From: a virus
Strand: one strand, 5' to 3'
IMG/VR virus record: IMGVR_UViG_3300027749_000098
Location: 7,421-71,420 of that record
Length of the DNA stretch: 64,000 nucleotides
Within the stretch, counting starts at the first letter, position 1; every line of letters starts with the position of its first letter. The notes below the pieces were generated by a model. It did not search any database, had not been told where the DNA came from, and saw nothing but the letters and a program-made list of their open reading frames with translations. Positions 1-8,054 of the stretch are shown piece after piece. The position numbers were made by a program, and so were the translations under genes.

Positions 1-487
1 GTCTACCAAAAATTTCTCCATATTTTTCAATAAATGTAGTTAATTTAAAAGTAGATTTTTTAGAATTTATTAGATTAAGTTCATCAACAGATTTAGAATT
101 AAGTGTTGAATTCCATTTTTCTTGCCTATCGATCCAAATAGATAAACCTACATCATATCCATATTTCTGTATACATTTTTCTCTAGAAAAAGTTGATTGA
201 ATTTCAGAAACGCGTAAAATCGCTTCCTGAGTCGATAAACCTTTATATTCCCAGTATTCTATACATCTAGGAGAAAGACGTTTAAAACTTTCTTTAGGCT
301 TGTTTGAATTGGTTTTAGCACCCTTTTTTTGATGTTCCAACCTCATTTCTTCAGCTTTTTCCAAATCCACGTTAAATTTATGAATATAATATTCAACGTT
401 AGTTGGCCTGCGAATTTTTATTTGATACTTAGCTTCTTCAATAGAATATCCTTTTTGTATCCAGGTTTCCAATTTAAACGCAGACAT
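1..487 (-). CDS. Putative free-standing homing endonuclease (runs off left edge) between the halves of split gp46
   Basis: Hand-translated ORF missing from the track: ATG at 487, MSAFKLETWIQKGYSIEEAK...CIEYWEYKGLS...CIQKYG...FIEKYGEIFGR, open to base 1. RBS-like AGGGG and TATAAATA upstream. 'KYG' repeats are typical of phage endonuclease N-termini; the catalytic domain is not in the window. Confidence 0.6.
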   Translation of the reverse strand, partial: MSAFKLETWIQKGYSIEEAKYQIKIRRPTNVEYYIHKFNVDLEKAEEMRLEHQKKGAKTNSNKPKESFKRLSPRCIEYWEYKGLSTQEAILRVSEIQSTFSREKCIQKYGYDVGLSIWIDRQEKWNSTLNSKSVDELNLINSKKSTFKLTTFIEKYGEIFGR

Positions 488-517
488 AATTACACCCCTA
501 TTTACTTAATATAATTA

Positions 518-525
518 TATTTATA
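518..525 (-). promoter_or_regulatory. T4-type late promoter TATAAATA for the endonuclease ORF
   Basis: Exact TATAAATA on the minus strand about 30 nt upstream of ATG 487. Confidence 0.75.
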
Positions 526-538
526 ATTTTTAAATGGT

Positions 539-739
539 CTAGGAAAGAAAATCTTTAAATAATTTTTCTATTTCAGGATTATCAAATAACACATCAATTT
601 CTGTAGATTTATGCAGGCATTTACCTTGCCCGTTAATTCCAGTGGATAAAGTAGTTCTATCTTTATTTAATTCAATTTCAGTAAAGTTATTTCCATAGGA
701 AAGAAAGTTTTTAAACCGGATTGTTTCAAAAATTACCAT
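539..739 (-). CDS. gp46: gp46 (SbcC/Rad50-like) N-terminal fragment fused to a 26-aa N-intein
   Basis: FKNFLSYGN...GINGQGK is the gp46 N-terminus and Walker A. The expected Ser is replaced by CLHKSTEIDV (intein block A), then a stop. Directly follows gp47. Confidence 0.85.
   Translation of the reverse strand: MVIFETIRFKNFLSYGNNFTEIELNKDRTTLSTGINGQGKCLHKSTEIDVLFDNPEIEKLFKDFLS
542..619 (-). mobile_element. Split intein N-fragment (IntN, 26 aa) in the gp46 P-loop
   Basis: CLHKSTEIDVLFDNPEIEKLFKDFLS* begins immediately after Walker A GK. Confidence 0.75.
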
Positions 740-1803
740 TATTCAACCGCCATTGCTTCAGTATATAAATTAGACATCATAGTCTTCAATTTGTTTTTAT
801 CTAATTCTTGTTGATTAATACTATCAATATATTTGTAAGTAATTGTTAGCGTATCATCAGTTTCATCAACATCCTCATCAATCTCTAAATCAACCACATC
901 TTCTGTAATTGATACATCTATAGGGTTATTAGCATAAACCTGATCAACAAATAAATCAAACAAATATGGATTAGTTTTAGCCTTAACTTGAATCTTAACA
1001 TATTTACCAATTACGTTAGATAAAAATTCTTTATCAAGATAGCTGGAATTAGTAACATCGCTAGATCCAGAATCATCATAATCCATCTTATAGAAAATTG
1101 AATTTGGATTAAGTACAGTTTCCAATTCCCTAGTTTCTAAGTCAAAAACTCTAAAACCTTTTGGATCGGCATAATCTTGCCAAGTCATCTCATAAGGAGT
1201 CCCTATGTACTCGATATTCCCTCTCTTAGACGCGTGATGATAATGACCGGATAATACCCTTTCATAATTAGAAAACGCCTTAGCGGACAATCCATGCTCC
1301 GATAGGATACTACTTTGGTACATCTTAAAACCTTCTATTTCAAAATGCCCAACGCAAACAGTAGAAGTATCTTGTTTAATAAAATTTAAACATTCTTGAT
1401 AATTTTCTTTACAAATCCATGGAATAATAGAAATTCCACTAAGAAGTTTAGTTGGTTCTTTTACAACAGTTACATTTTTAAATTGTGTTAAGAATAACCC
1501 AGAACTACTAATACTCAATGATTCTTTATAAAAGAGGTCGTGATTTCCCAATAGCGTAGTTAATTGTATATCCAATTTATCAAATCTAGAAAAGAAATAT
1601 CTTTTTGCTTCATCAAGAGTATAATGGTTAGAATATTTACGTCTATCAAAAATATCACCTAATTGAATAACGTGTTTAACATTATTAGCAATTAAATAAG
1701 GAAAAAATACATCAGTATAGAATTTATCAAAAAATTCATGGAAGTGTTGACTATCCCCGCGACAACCAAAATGCGTATCACCTAAAAATACAATTTTACT
1801 CAT
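739..1803 (-). CDS. gp47: Recombination endonuclease subunit (Mre11/SbcD-like)
   Basis: GDTHFG, LGDIFD, GNHD, SGHYH metallophosphoesterase motifs; synteny gp55-gp47-gp46. Confidence 0.95.
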   Translation of the reverse strand: MSKIVFLGDTHFGCRGDSQHFHEFFDKFYTDVFFPYLIANNVKHVIQLGDIFDRRKYSNHYTLDEAKRYFFSRFDKLDIQLTTLLGNHDLFYKESLSISSSGLFLTQFKNVTVVKEPTKLLSGISIIPWICKENYQECLNFIKQDTSTVCVGHFEIEGFKMYQSSILSEHGLSAKAFSNYERVLSGHYHHASKRGNIEYIGTPYEMTWQDYADPKGFRVFDLETRELETVLNPNSIFYKMDYDDSGSSDVTNSSYLDKEFLSNVIGKYVKIQVKAKTNPYLFDLFVDQVYANNPIDVSITEDVVDLEIDEDVDETDDTLTITYKYIDSINQQELDKNKLKTMMSNLYTEAMAVE

Positions 1804-2468
1804 TAATCCTCCAAGAAAGTTTCAATTCCTTTAGCTTTTTTCTTTTTCTTCGCTACAGGACTTTTAGTGCTTTTTTTGAATTCAGTATCTTCAAATTTTT
1901 GAATAAAATCATACATATTATCATAAACTTCAATTTGTTTAATTTGACCATCACCAAGTTCCAGTAACTCAGCTTCATCAAGAATACCGAAATTTTCTGT
2001 TGCTTTATATTTTATATACTGTTGTTTTTTTTCTTTTTGAATTCTACGAACAAAACACCACCAAAGAATCTGAGTAAAATAAGCAAAGGGATTTTTAGTT
2101 TTTGCTGAATCAAAATTTTCAAAATACATTAAACAGTTTTCAATCCCATCAGCAATCATTTCATCTTTATATGAATACCCAAAAAAATTAGGTCTACGAG
2201 CTAATCCCTCTGATAATTTAACAAAACATTCTCCAATATAATTTGGAATTCTAGGTTTAATTTTCCCTTCAGCTTTAGCAAGAGCGCAATCAGCTTTATA
2301 TTTCTCTAAAGCAGCGCAAAAATCAGCATTATTAATATATTCTCGCGTGACCTTTTTTCGTTTTACTTTAGCAACAACGGGTTTTTCTTCCGGAAGATCT
2401 TCTAATAAAGAAGGTATTTCTTCAGTAAAATCTGGGACGTCAGCAAAATCAAATTTTAATTCTTTCAT
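1803..2468 (-). CDS. gp55: Late-transcription sigma factor
   Basis: YINNADF, PNYIGECF, YSYKDEMIADGIENC, NPFAYFTQI motifs. Probable start is ATG 2468 (GGAG RBS) rather than 2504. Confidence 0.95.
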   Translation of the reverse strand: MKELKFDFADVPDFTEEIPSLLEDLPEEKPVVAKVKRKKVTREYINNADFCAALEKYKADCALAKAEGKIKPRIPNYIGECFVKLSEGLARRPNFFGYSYKDEMIADGIENCLMYFENFDSAKTKNPFAYFTQILWWCFVRRIQKEKKQQYIKYKATENFGILDEAELLELGDGQIKQIEVYDNMYDFIQKFEDTEFKKSTKSPVAKKKKKAKGIETFLED

Positions 2469-2504
2469 AGCAATTACTCCATATAGTATAAGGTATTTTA
2501 ACAT

Positions 2505-2535
2505 TATTATACTATAAAAAAGCTAAAATAGCAAG
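2505..2535 (-). promoter_or_regulatory. sigma70-like promoter upstream of gp55
   Basis: Minus strand TTGCTA-N17-TATAAT. Confidence 0.6.
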
Positions 2536-2620
2536 AATTATTTCTTCTGAATGGGGAATTTGATTGAATTTTCGTCAAGAACTATTTCTCGTTAAAATAT
2601 AATAAGTTGAAAAAAAGTGC

Positions 2621-2649
2621 TTGACGAAATTAAATTTGTAGGTTACATT
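2621..2649 (+). promoter_or_regulatory. sigma70-like promoter pointing into an ORF-less hairpin region
   Basis: GC-TTGACG-N17-TACATT, same GCTTGAC consensus as other promoters in this window. Confidence 0.55.
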
Positions 2650-2749
2650 ATACTCTAAGTGTTGTTTGGAACTTCGCTAAAGCTCGTTCCATAAACATTA
2701 AAGTCTCAAGATAGGATTACTGCGTAGCAGATCCTCGAAGAGGATTAAA

Positions 2750-3127
2750 CTAGTGAATACTATATCCTTCTGGCGGAATATCTGTTTCAGCTATTATTGT
2801 TTCTTTAATTTGTTTAGCTAATGTTGATTCGGGATCTAGATATTCCAATATTGCATCAAGATAACGATATCCAAATTCAATAGATGAATAGGAAACAAAT
2901 AAAATATGATCCATTGGAATAGGTGCTTCTTGAAGAGGAAATGCTTCTAAAGGCATCCAATCAACCATAATAATTTCTTCGGTTTCATTTTCAATATCAA
3001 TGGTAGGATAAAACGTTTTTGGGTATTTTATTATTACAGTATTGGATTCTTTATCTTGATAATAAAATCCAATTAAGTCTTCACCAGTTTTTAATCTAAC
3101 AATTTTAATTTCAAATTTTTCGGTCAT
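2750..3127 (-). CDS. Conserved T4-like hypothetical protein between uvsW and gp55
   Basis: IKIVRLKTGEDLIG N-terminus; conserved position. Confidence 0.7.
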   Translation of the reverse strand: MTEKFEIKIVRLKTGEDLIGFYYQDKESNTVIIKYPKTFYPTIDIENETEEIIMVDWMPLEAFPLQEAPIPMDHILFVSYSSIEFGYRYLDAILEYLDPESTLAKQIKETIIAETDIPPEGYSIH

Positions 3128-4629
3128 AATGTTTCCATATCCACTTTAATAATTTTATAATCAAATTTTTCTTCATTGTAAATCTTGATTCTTTCTTGGA
3201 AATGTGTTAGAGTATAATTTTGATGCTTCTTATACCGTAAATCATCAGCAAGGTCATATAATACTGCTTCATCTTTATTTTCATTTAAACGTAAAACGCG
3301 ACCAATAGCTTGGAGGTTTCTTATTCTAGATTTAGAAGGGCTAGCAAATATAATATTATGTAGGTTTTTAATATTAGTTCCAGTAGACACTGTTCCAACA
3401 GAACCTATTAAAATTACATTATGTTCAGTCTCCATTGCCTTTCTAATTTCTTCTCTTTCTTCAGCCTTAATATTACCATGAATATAATATATCTTTTTAT
3501 TAACAGCATGTTTTGAATTTGAAATTAAGTCATATAGTACATCTCCATGTTTTTCAACATATTGATATAATAATAACGTATTCCCTTTTAATGATAATGA
3601 TAGATTCTTAATAAATTTATTTCTACCAGCATTAGCAATTAAATATTCTAATTCTTGTTGATACTTTAAACCTTTAGATAATTTACACGTTTCCTCGGGA
3701 TATTTTAGTACGATACATTTAATGCTTAGTTTCGTAACTTGTTTGTTATCCATTAATTGTTTGGTTGTAATAACTTTTCTAACTTGACCAAATAAACTTT
3801 CTAATTGCAATGAATGTATTTTTTGTCCATTTAGAGTTCCAGTAACCCCAACTCGATAATCGGCATTAATACATTTTTGTACAATACCAGTTAAACTATT
3901 TGCAGATGCTAAATGAGCTTCATCGCATAATACAAAATCAAATTGATCGAAATAAGTTCGACTTTTATGATTAAACAATGATTGCCACGTGCTAATGTAT
4001 AGTTGTTTGTCGGCATTTTTATCTTGACCGGCAAATATCATATGAATATGTTTATTTACATCCCATCCATTATGGCTTGAATAATCAGCAAAATCTGATG
4101 TAAGCTGATGGCATAATGATGTGTTTGGAACCAACAGTAAACCTTTCTTTCTTTTATGTGCTAACAAATATCTAACAATAATATAAAGGATACAACTTTT
4201 ACCTGAACTTGTCGGGGATAATAACATTAAACGTTTTTCATTAAGAAAATCGAGAACGCCTTTAAATTGATAATCTCTAACTTCAATTTTCTTTCCATTA
4301 GAATGAATATTTAATGTAGTAATAAATTTGTGCAGCTCAGTGTCCGTAACTGGGTCGTAGTTATCTTTATAATTGTGTTCTATAGTATAACCTCTATCTT
4401 TAGCGAATGCTTCTAATTGAGGGATTAAACCAATAAAAAACTCCATATCTCCATTTGGTAATATTTTTGCTAAACGAACTTTTCCATCCCAGAGTCTCGA
4501 TTTAAAACTAGGCATAAATTTATATCCAGTAGCAAAGAAAGAAAAGTAATCGCTTAATTCTTGCGCAATCCCCTTATCGCATTTAAGGATAGCATAAGTT
4601 TCATTATGTTTTTCGATTTCAATTATCAT
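3124..4629 (-). CDS. uvsW: SF2 DNA helicase UvsW
   Basis: RDYQ, SPTSSGKS, DEAH, QAIGRVLR motifs. Confidence 0.95.
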   Translation of the reverse strand: MIIEIEKHNETYAILKCDKGIAQELSDYFSFFATGYKFMPSFKSRLWDGKVRLAKILPNGDMEFFIGLIPQLEAFAKDRGYTIEHNYKDNYDPVTDTELHKFITTLNIHSNGKKIEVRDYQFKGVLDFLNEKRLMLLSPTSSGKSCILYIIVRYLLAHKRKKGLLLVPNTSLCHQLTSDFADYSSHNGWDVNKHIHMIFAGQDKNADKQLYISTWQSLFNHKSRTYFDQFDFVLCDEAHLASANSLTGIVQKCINADYRVGVTGTLNGQKIHSLQLESLFGQVRKVITTKQLMDNKQVTKLSIKCIVLKYPEETCKLSKGLKYQQELEYLIANAGRNKFIKNLSLSLKGNTLLLYQYVEKHGDVLYDLISNSKHAVNKKIYYIHGNIKAEEREEIRKAMETEHNVILIGSVGTVSTGTNIKNLHNIIFASPSKSRIRNLQAIGRVLRLNENKDEAVLYDLADDLRYKKHQNYTLTHFQERIKIYNEEKFDYKIIKVDMETL

Positions 4630-4630
4630 T

Positions 4631-5071
4631 TTAATTTCCTGCTAGGAATCTTGTATATGTCATGTATTCTCTTAATTGCCAAGTTCTGTTACCGAGCTCT
4701 TTAATTATTGCCTCACAAACATATATACATTCCTCATAGTAGGCTTTCTTTTCAAGAATTTTTATTAAAAAATCGTCAGCTTCAAGATAAGTATCAATAT
4801 TACCTTTGGTGCCGATCTTTAAGTCGAACTGATCCCATCCATACTCGTCCAAGGTTTCCTTTGCAAGATTTCCTAGGTAATACTCCCTACGAATTTTTTT
4901 CATCTTTGCATGGTCGAATTTTGCTTTCTGTGCAGCGAGTCTATGCTGAGAAAGAATCTCGACATATTTCGCATGCAAAAGAGGGGTATTTACTAATTCT
5001 TGGTGAGGTTTAGATTCGTCGATTTGACTATCTGATTTCCAATATTCTATAATTGTATCAAGTTTTATCAT
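4631..5071 (-). CDS. uvsY: Recombination mediator UvsY
   Basis: WKSDSQID...PLLHAKY...YLEAD...NRTWQL; upstream of uvsW. Confidence 0.85.
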   Translation of the reverse strand: MIKLDTIIEYWKSDSQIDESKPHQELVNTPLLHAKYVEILSQHRLAAQKAKFDHAKMKKIRREYYLGNLAKETLDEYGWDQFDLKIGTKGNIDTYLEADDFLIKILEKKAYYEECIYVCEAIIKELGNRTWQLREYMTYTRFLAGN

Positions 5072-5120
5072 ATTAAATTCTCAAATAAACACTATAAAAA
5101 TATATATAGGGTCTAATTTT

Positions 5121-5672
5121 TTACCATATTCCATCAACTATTGTTGTTAAGTTATATCGTTTAAATCTAAATGTTGCTGTGGCTGTAATAATAGTAGATG
5201 AATTTAATCTAACATCTAATGGAATGCTTGAAAGATATACTGGAAACACATCAATAAATTGAACTCGCATCTTAGGTTTATCGTCTGCCGCTAGAGTTGT
5301 TAAAACTGCATCTGCATATTGTGGAGTATTAATAAACTCATATTGGCTATATTTAGAAAGTTTATCTAAATTTTCGTAATCCTGAAAAGATTCTGCCTGA
5401 GTATATCCTTTTATCCAATAATAAATATTAGCCCAAGATTTTAATTCTTCATCAACAAGAAATGTAACTTCTAGATCTTCATATTCCATTTTATCACCTG
5501 GAACACCCATATCCCTAAATGGAGATAATTGAACGGTACTTTGAGAGTTAACTCCTGGAATATTAACAGCTTGGCAAAAAAATTGCATTGCCGGTAATCT
5601 TGGTATAGAAAATAAAAATTTAGCAGACTGCAATAAATTGGTGTTACATATATTTGTATCGTTAAGTGCCAT
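5121..5672 (-). CDS. gp3: Tail tube terminator/completion protein
   Basis: FFCQAVNIPG, PGDKMEYEDLEVTFLVDE, gp19-fold motifs; late promoter upstream. Confidence 0.85.
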   Translation of the reverse strand: MALNDTNICNTNLLQSAKFLFSIPRLPAMQFFCQAVNIPGVNSQSTVQLSPFRDMGVPGDKMEYEDLEVTFLVDEELKSWANIYYWIKGYTQAESFQDYENLDKLSKYSQYEFINTPQYADAVLTTLAADDKPKMRVQFIDVFPVYLSSIPLDVRLNSSTIITATATFRFKRYNLTTIVDGIW

Positions 5673-5701
5673 GTAAGTCCTTGTTTATATAGGTTTTACT
5701 A

Positions 5702-5709
5702 TATTTATA
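5702..5709 (-). promoter_or_regulatory. Late promoter TATAAATA (gp3)
   Basis: Exact consensus about 30 nt upstream of the start. Confidence 0.75.
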
Positions 5710-5730
5710 AATTCTAAATACAAATAATGC

Positions 5731-5759
5731 TTTACTTTTTTTAATTAATGTAGTACAAT
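5731..5759 (+). promoter_or_regulatory. sigma70-like early promoter for the TET/GT operon
   Basis: TTTACT-N17-TACAAT, followed by AGGGGG RBS before ATG 5790. Confidence 0.65.
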
Positions 5760-5789
5760 ATAAGTGTAATCTTTAAAATAGGGGGATAA

Positions 5790-7172
5790 ATGGTAAAAAT
5801 TGTAGTGTTGAAACCAGAAGAGGTAACGTCAAGACCTGATTTGGTTGGTAAATGGCTAGATGAAAGTCATTATAAAATATTAGTTGAAGAAGATTTGGAT
5901 GTATATCTTCCTCCAGATTGCGCAGAGTTTGCTGCCGAAGAAAACTGCGATCATAATATGGAATGTAATTCTTGTACAAAAGGCTTGTCAGAAAAAAATA
6001 TCGTATTTAAATTTCGTAAAAACTTTTTTACTAAAGAAGAAGCTGATGCTGCTTATGCAGGTTTACGAGATGCAGCTGTTGAAACTCAAAATAGAGGAAT
6101 GGCTGGTGGTCCAAGAACTGCTACATGCGCAGGAAGAGAATGGGTTACTGATGAACAATTTGATTTATTAGAATTCTTTGCACATAAAAATTCGACTTCA
6201 GTATTTGGCGGATATACGCCAAAGGCAGATGTTGATTTAATACGAGCTAAGTATAAAAATCTTAAATCTGATGATAGTCGTGGTGTCGTCTGGTTGACTG
6301 AGCAAATCAGAGCCGAACAATTTGTATTTAATGATTTTATTGATAAATTATGCACCTTAACTATTGATGAAGCAAAAGCTGAAGCTCAACGAGTATTAGA
6401 TAAATTGATTAGTAAAACGACTTATGCTAATGTCGTAAATTCTGGTATTGCTGGGTGGTATGATAGATATCCTAGGATCCCTTTTGGTAGACCAACTACA
6501 TATACGAGAGATAACCTAGAAAAGTTTGCTAAATCATATCCATTCTTACAATCTTTAGCTAAAGGTTTTAAAGATATGCTGCCATGGCGTTATGGTAATC
6601 AAAAACGTGCTGCAGAATCGATCGATCAAAGATTTGTTGTACCGGATACTCCATTTACGACAATTACAGTAAATAAAAACTTTCGAACCGCTGGCCATTA
6701 CGATCCAGCTAATATGGAAGATGGATTCGCTAATCTATGTGTAATGTCAAATAATGATCAATATGAGGGATGTTATTTGGTATTTCCTGAAATAGGTTAT
6801 GCTGTTGATATTAGACCTACTGATTTATTGTTAGTAAATAATCAAGCTGGGTTACATGGTAATACTGAATTAAAACTAAAAGATCCAGATGCAGAAAGAA
6901 TTAGTATGATTGCGTTTTTCCATGAAGGTATGTTAACGCTTGGTACTTATGATTACGAGAATACTCGCAGAGAATTTATTGATAGCCGTAGATTAAATCC
7001 AAATCATCCAGACCAAAGATATCGTTGGAATGGTATTACTCCTGGATTATGGGAATCAGATGAATGGATTGATTACTTGTTAGCTCAACCGCAAGGCAAA
7101 GGTTGGTTAGAATCCTATCACAAAGATTTGTATGACCGTAGATTCGGTAATAGTTTAGATAACTTTTTTTAA
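5790..7172 (+). CDS. TET/JBP-family 2OG-Fe(II) dioxygenase (5-methylpyrimidine oxygenase)
   Basis: SGIAGWYDRY; TPFTTITVNKNFRTAGHYD (HxD); GLHGNT (distal His); RISMIAFFHE (2OG-binding Arg). Confidence 0.85.
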   Translation: MVKIVVLKPEEVTSRPDLVGKWLDESHYKILVEEDLDVYLPPDCAEFAAEENCDHNMECNSCTKGLSEKNIVFKFRKNFFTKEEADAAYAGLRDAAVETQNRGMAGGPRTATCAGREWVTDEQFDLLEFFAHKNSTSVFGGYTPKADVDLIRAKYKNLKSDDSRGVVWLTEQIRAEQFVFNDFIDKLCTLTIDEAKAEAQRVLDKLISKTTYANVVNSGIAGWYDRYPRIPFGRPTTYTRDNLEKFAKSYPFLQSLAKGFKDMLPWRYGNQKRAAESIDQRFVVPDTPFTTITVNKNFRTAGHYDPANMEDGFANLCVMSNNDQYEGCYLVFPEIGYAVDIRPTDLLLVNNQAGLHGNTELKLKDPDAERISMIAFFHEGMLTLGTYDYENTRREFIDSRRLNPNHPDQRYRWNGITPGLWESDEWIDYLLAQPQGKGWLESYHKDLYDRRFGNSLDNFF

Positions 7173-7180
7173 GGTAGATT

Positions 7181-7990
7181 ATGAAATTGAATATTGCAAT
7201 TCCTTCGTATAAACGATCTGATACGCTTAGAGATAAAACTTTAAGTGTATTGGAAAAATATAATGTAGATCCAAATACAGTAACAATCTTTGTTGCTAAT
7301 GATGCCGAAAAGACTGCATACGAAACATCATTAAAAGATAACATTTATAACAAAAATATTGTTGTGGGTGTTGTTGGTATGGGACCAATTAGAAACTTTA
7401 TTAGAAATTATTATGATGAGGGGGAATTTGTTGTAAATTTTGATGATGATTTATCGAGTATTATGCGCAAAGCTCCTGCTGATGAAAAGAAAATGGAGCC
7501 AATTGAAGATATCCATAAAGAAGTATTTGAGCCAATGTATAATATTATGCAGGAGAACGAAAATAAGCTCTGTGGTGTCTATGCAGCGTCGAATGCTTTT
7601 TTTATGAGTTATACCCCTAAGACTGGTTTATATTACTGCATTGGGTCGTTGTGGGGCTGCATTAACGATAAACATCAAGATCGTATGGTTCAATTATGCG
7701 ATAAAGAAGATTTTGAGCGAACTCTTCAACATTATGTTCTTGATGGTTCAGTTTCGCGATTAGACAATATTACTGTTATATCCAAATATTATACTGAAGA
7801 TGGAGGAATGCAAGTTGAACGAACTCTTGAACGTATTGATAAAAGTGCTGACGATTTAGTTCGTAGATTTCCAGATTTATGTACAAAATACGTCCGTGAA
7901 ACTACAGGTCACGCTGAATTACGCTTACGGGATACTAGTGGAGGTAAATATCAAAAATCCACTTCTTTTGATTTAGATAGTTTTTTCTAA
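7181..7990 (+). CDS. TET-associated GT-A-fold glycosyltransferase (TAGT-like)
   Basis: IAIPSYKR, VNFDDD (DxD), KEDFERTL, GGMQ motifs; directly follows the dioxygenase. Confidence 0.8.
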   Translation: MKLNIAIPSYKRSDTLRDKTLSVLEKYNVDPNTVTIFVANDAEKTAYETSLKDNIYNKNIVVGVVGMGPIRNFIRNYYDEGEFVVNFDDDLSSIMRKAPADEKKMEPIEDIHKEVFEPMYNIMQENENKLCGVYAASNAFFMSYTPKTGLYYCIGSLWGCINDKHQDRMVQLCDKEDFERTLQHYVLDGSVSRLDNITVISKYYTEDGGMQVERTLERIDKSADDLVRRFPDLCTKYVRETTGHAELRLRDTSGGKYQKSTSFDLDSFF

Positions 7991-8002
7991 ACTTCCAAAT
8001 AG

Positions 8003-8029
8003 AAAAAGGGAGCCGAAGCTCCCTTTTTT
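8003..8029. terminator. Bidirectional intrinsic terminator (UUCG loop on minus strand)
   Basis: AAAAAGGGAGC-CGAA-GCTCCCTTTTTT between convergent GT and gp23. Confidence 0.9.
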
Positions 8030-8054
8030 GTTTCATCCATGAAACACAACTAAA

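Noticed and set aside
329-514. 61-aa plus-strand ORF
   Set aside because: Antisense to the longer minus-strand ORF starting at 487, which has a promoter and RBS
530-541. Amber read-through or alternative genetic code explaining the short gp46
   Set aside because: TAG is followed two codons later by TAA, and the other genes translate fully in the standard code
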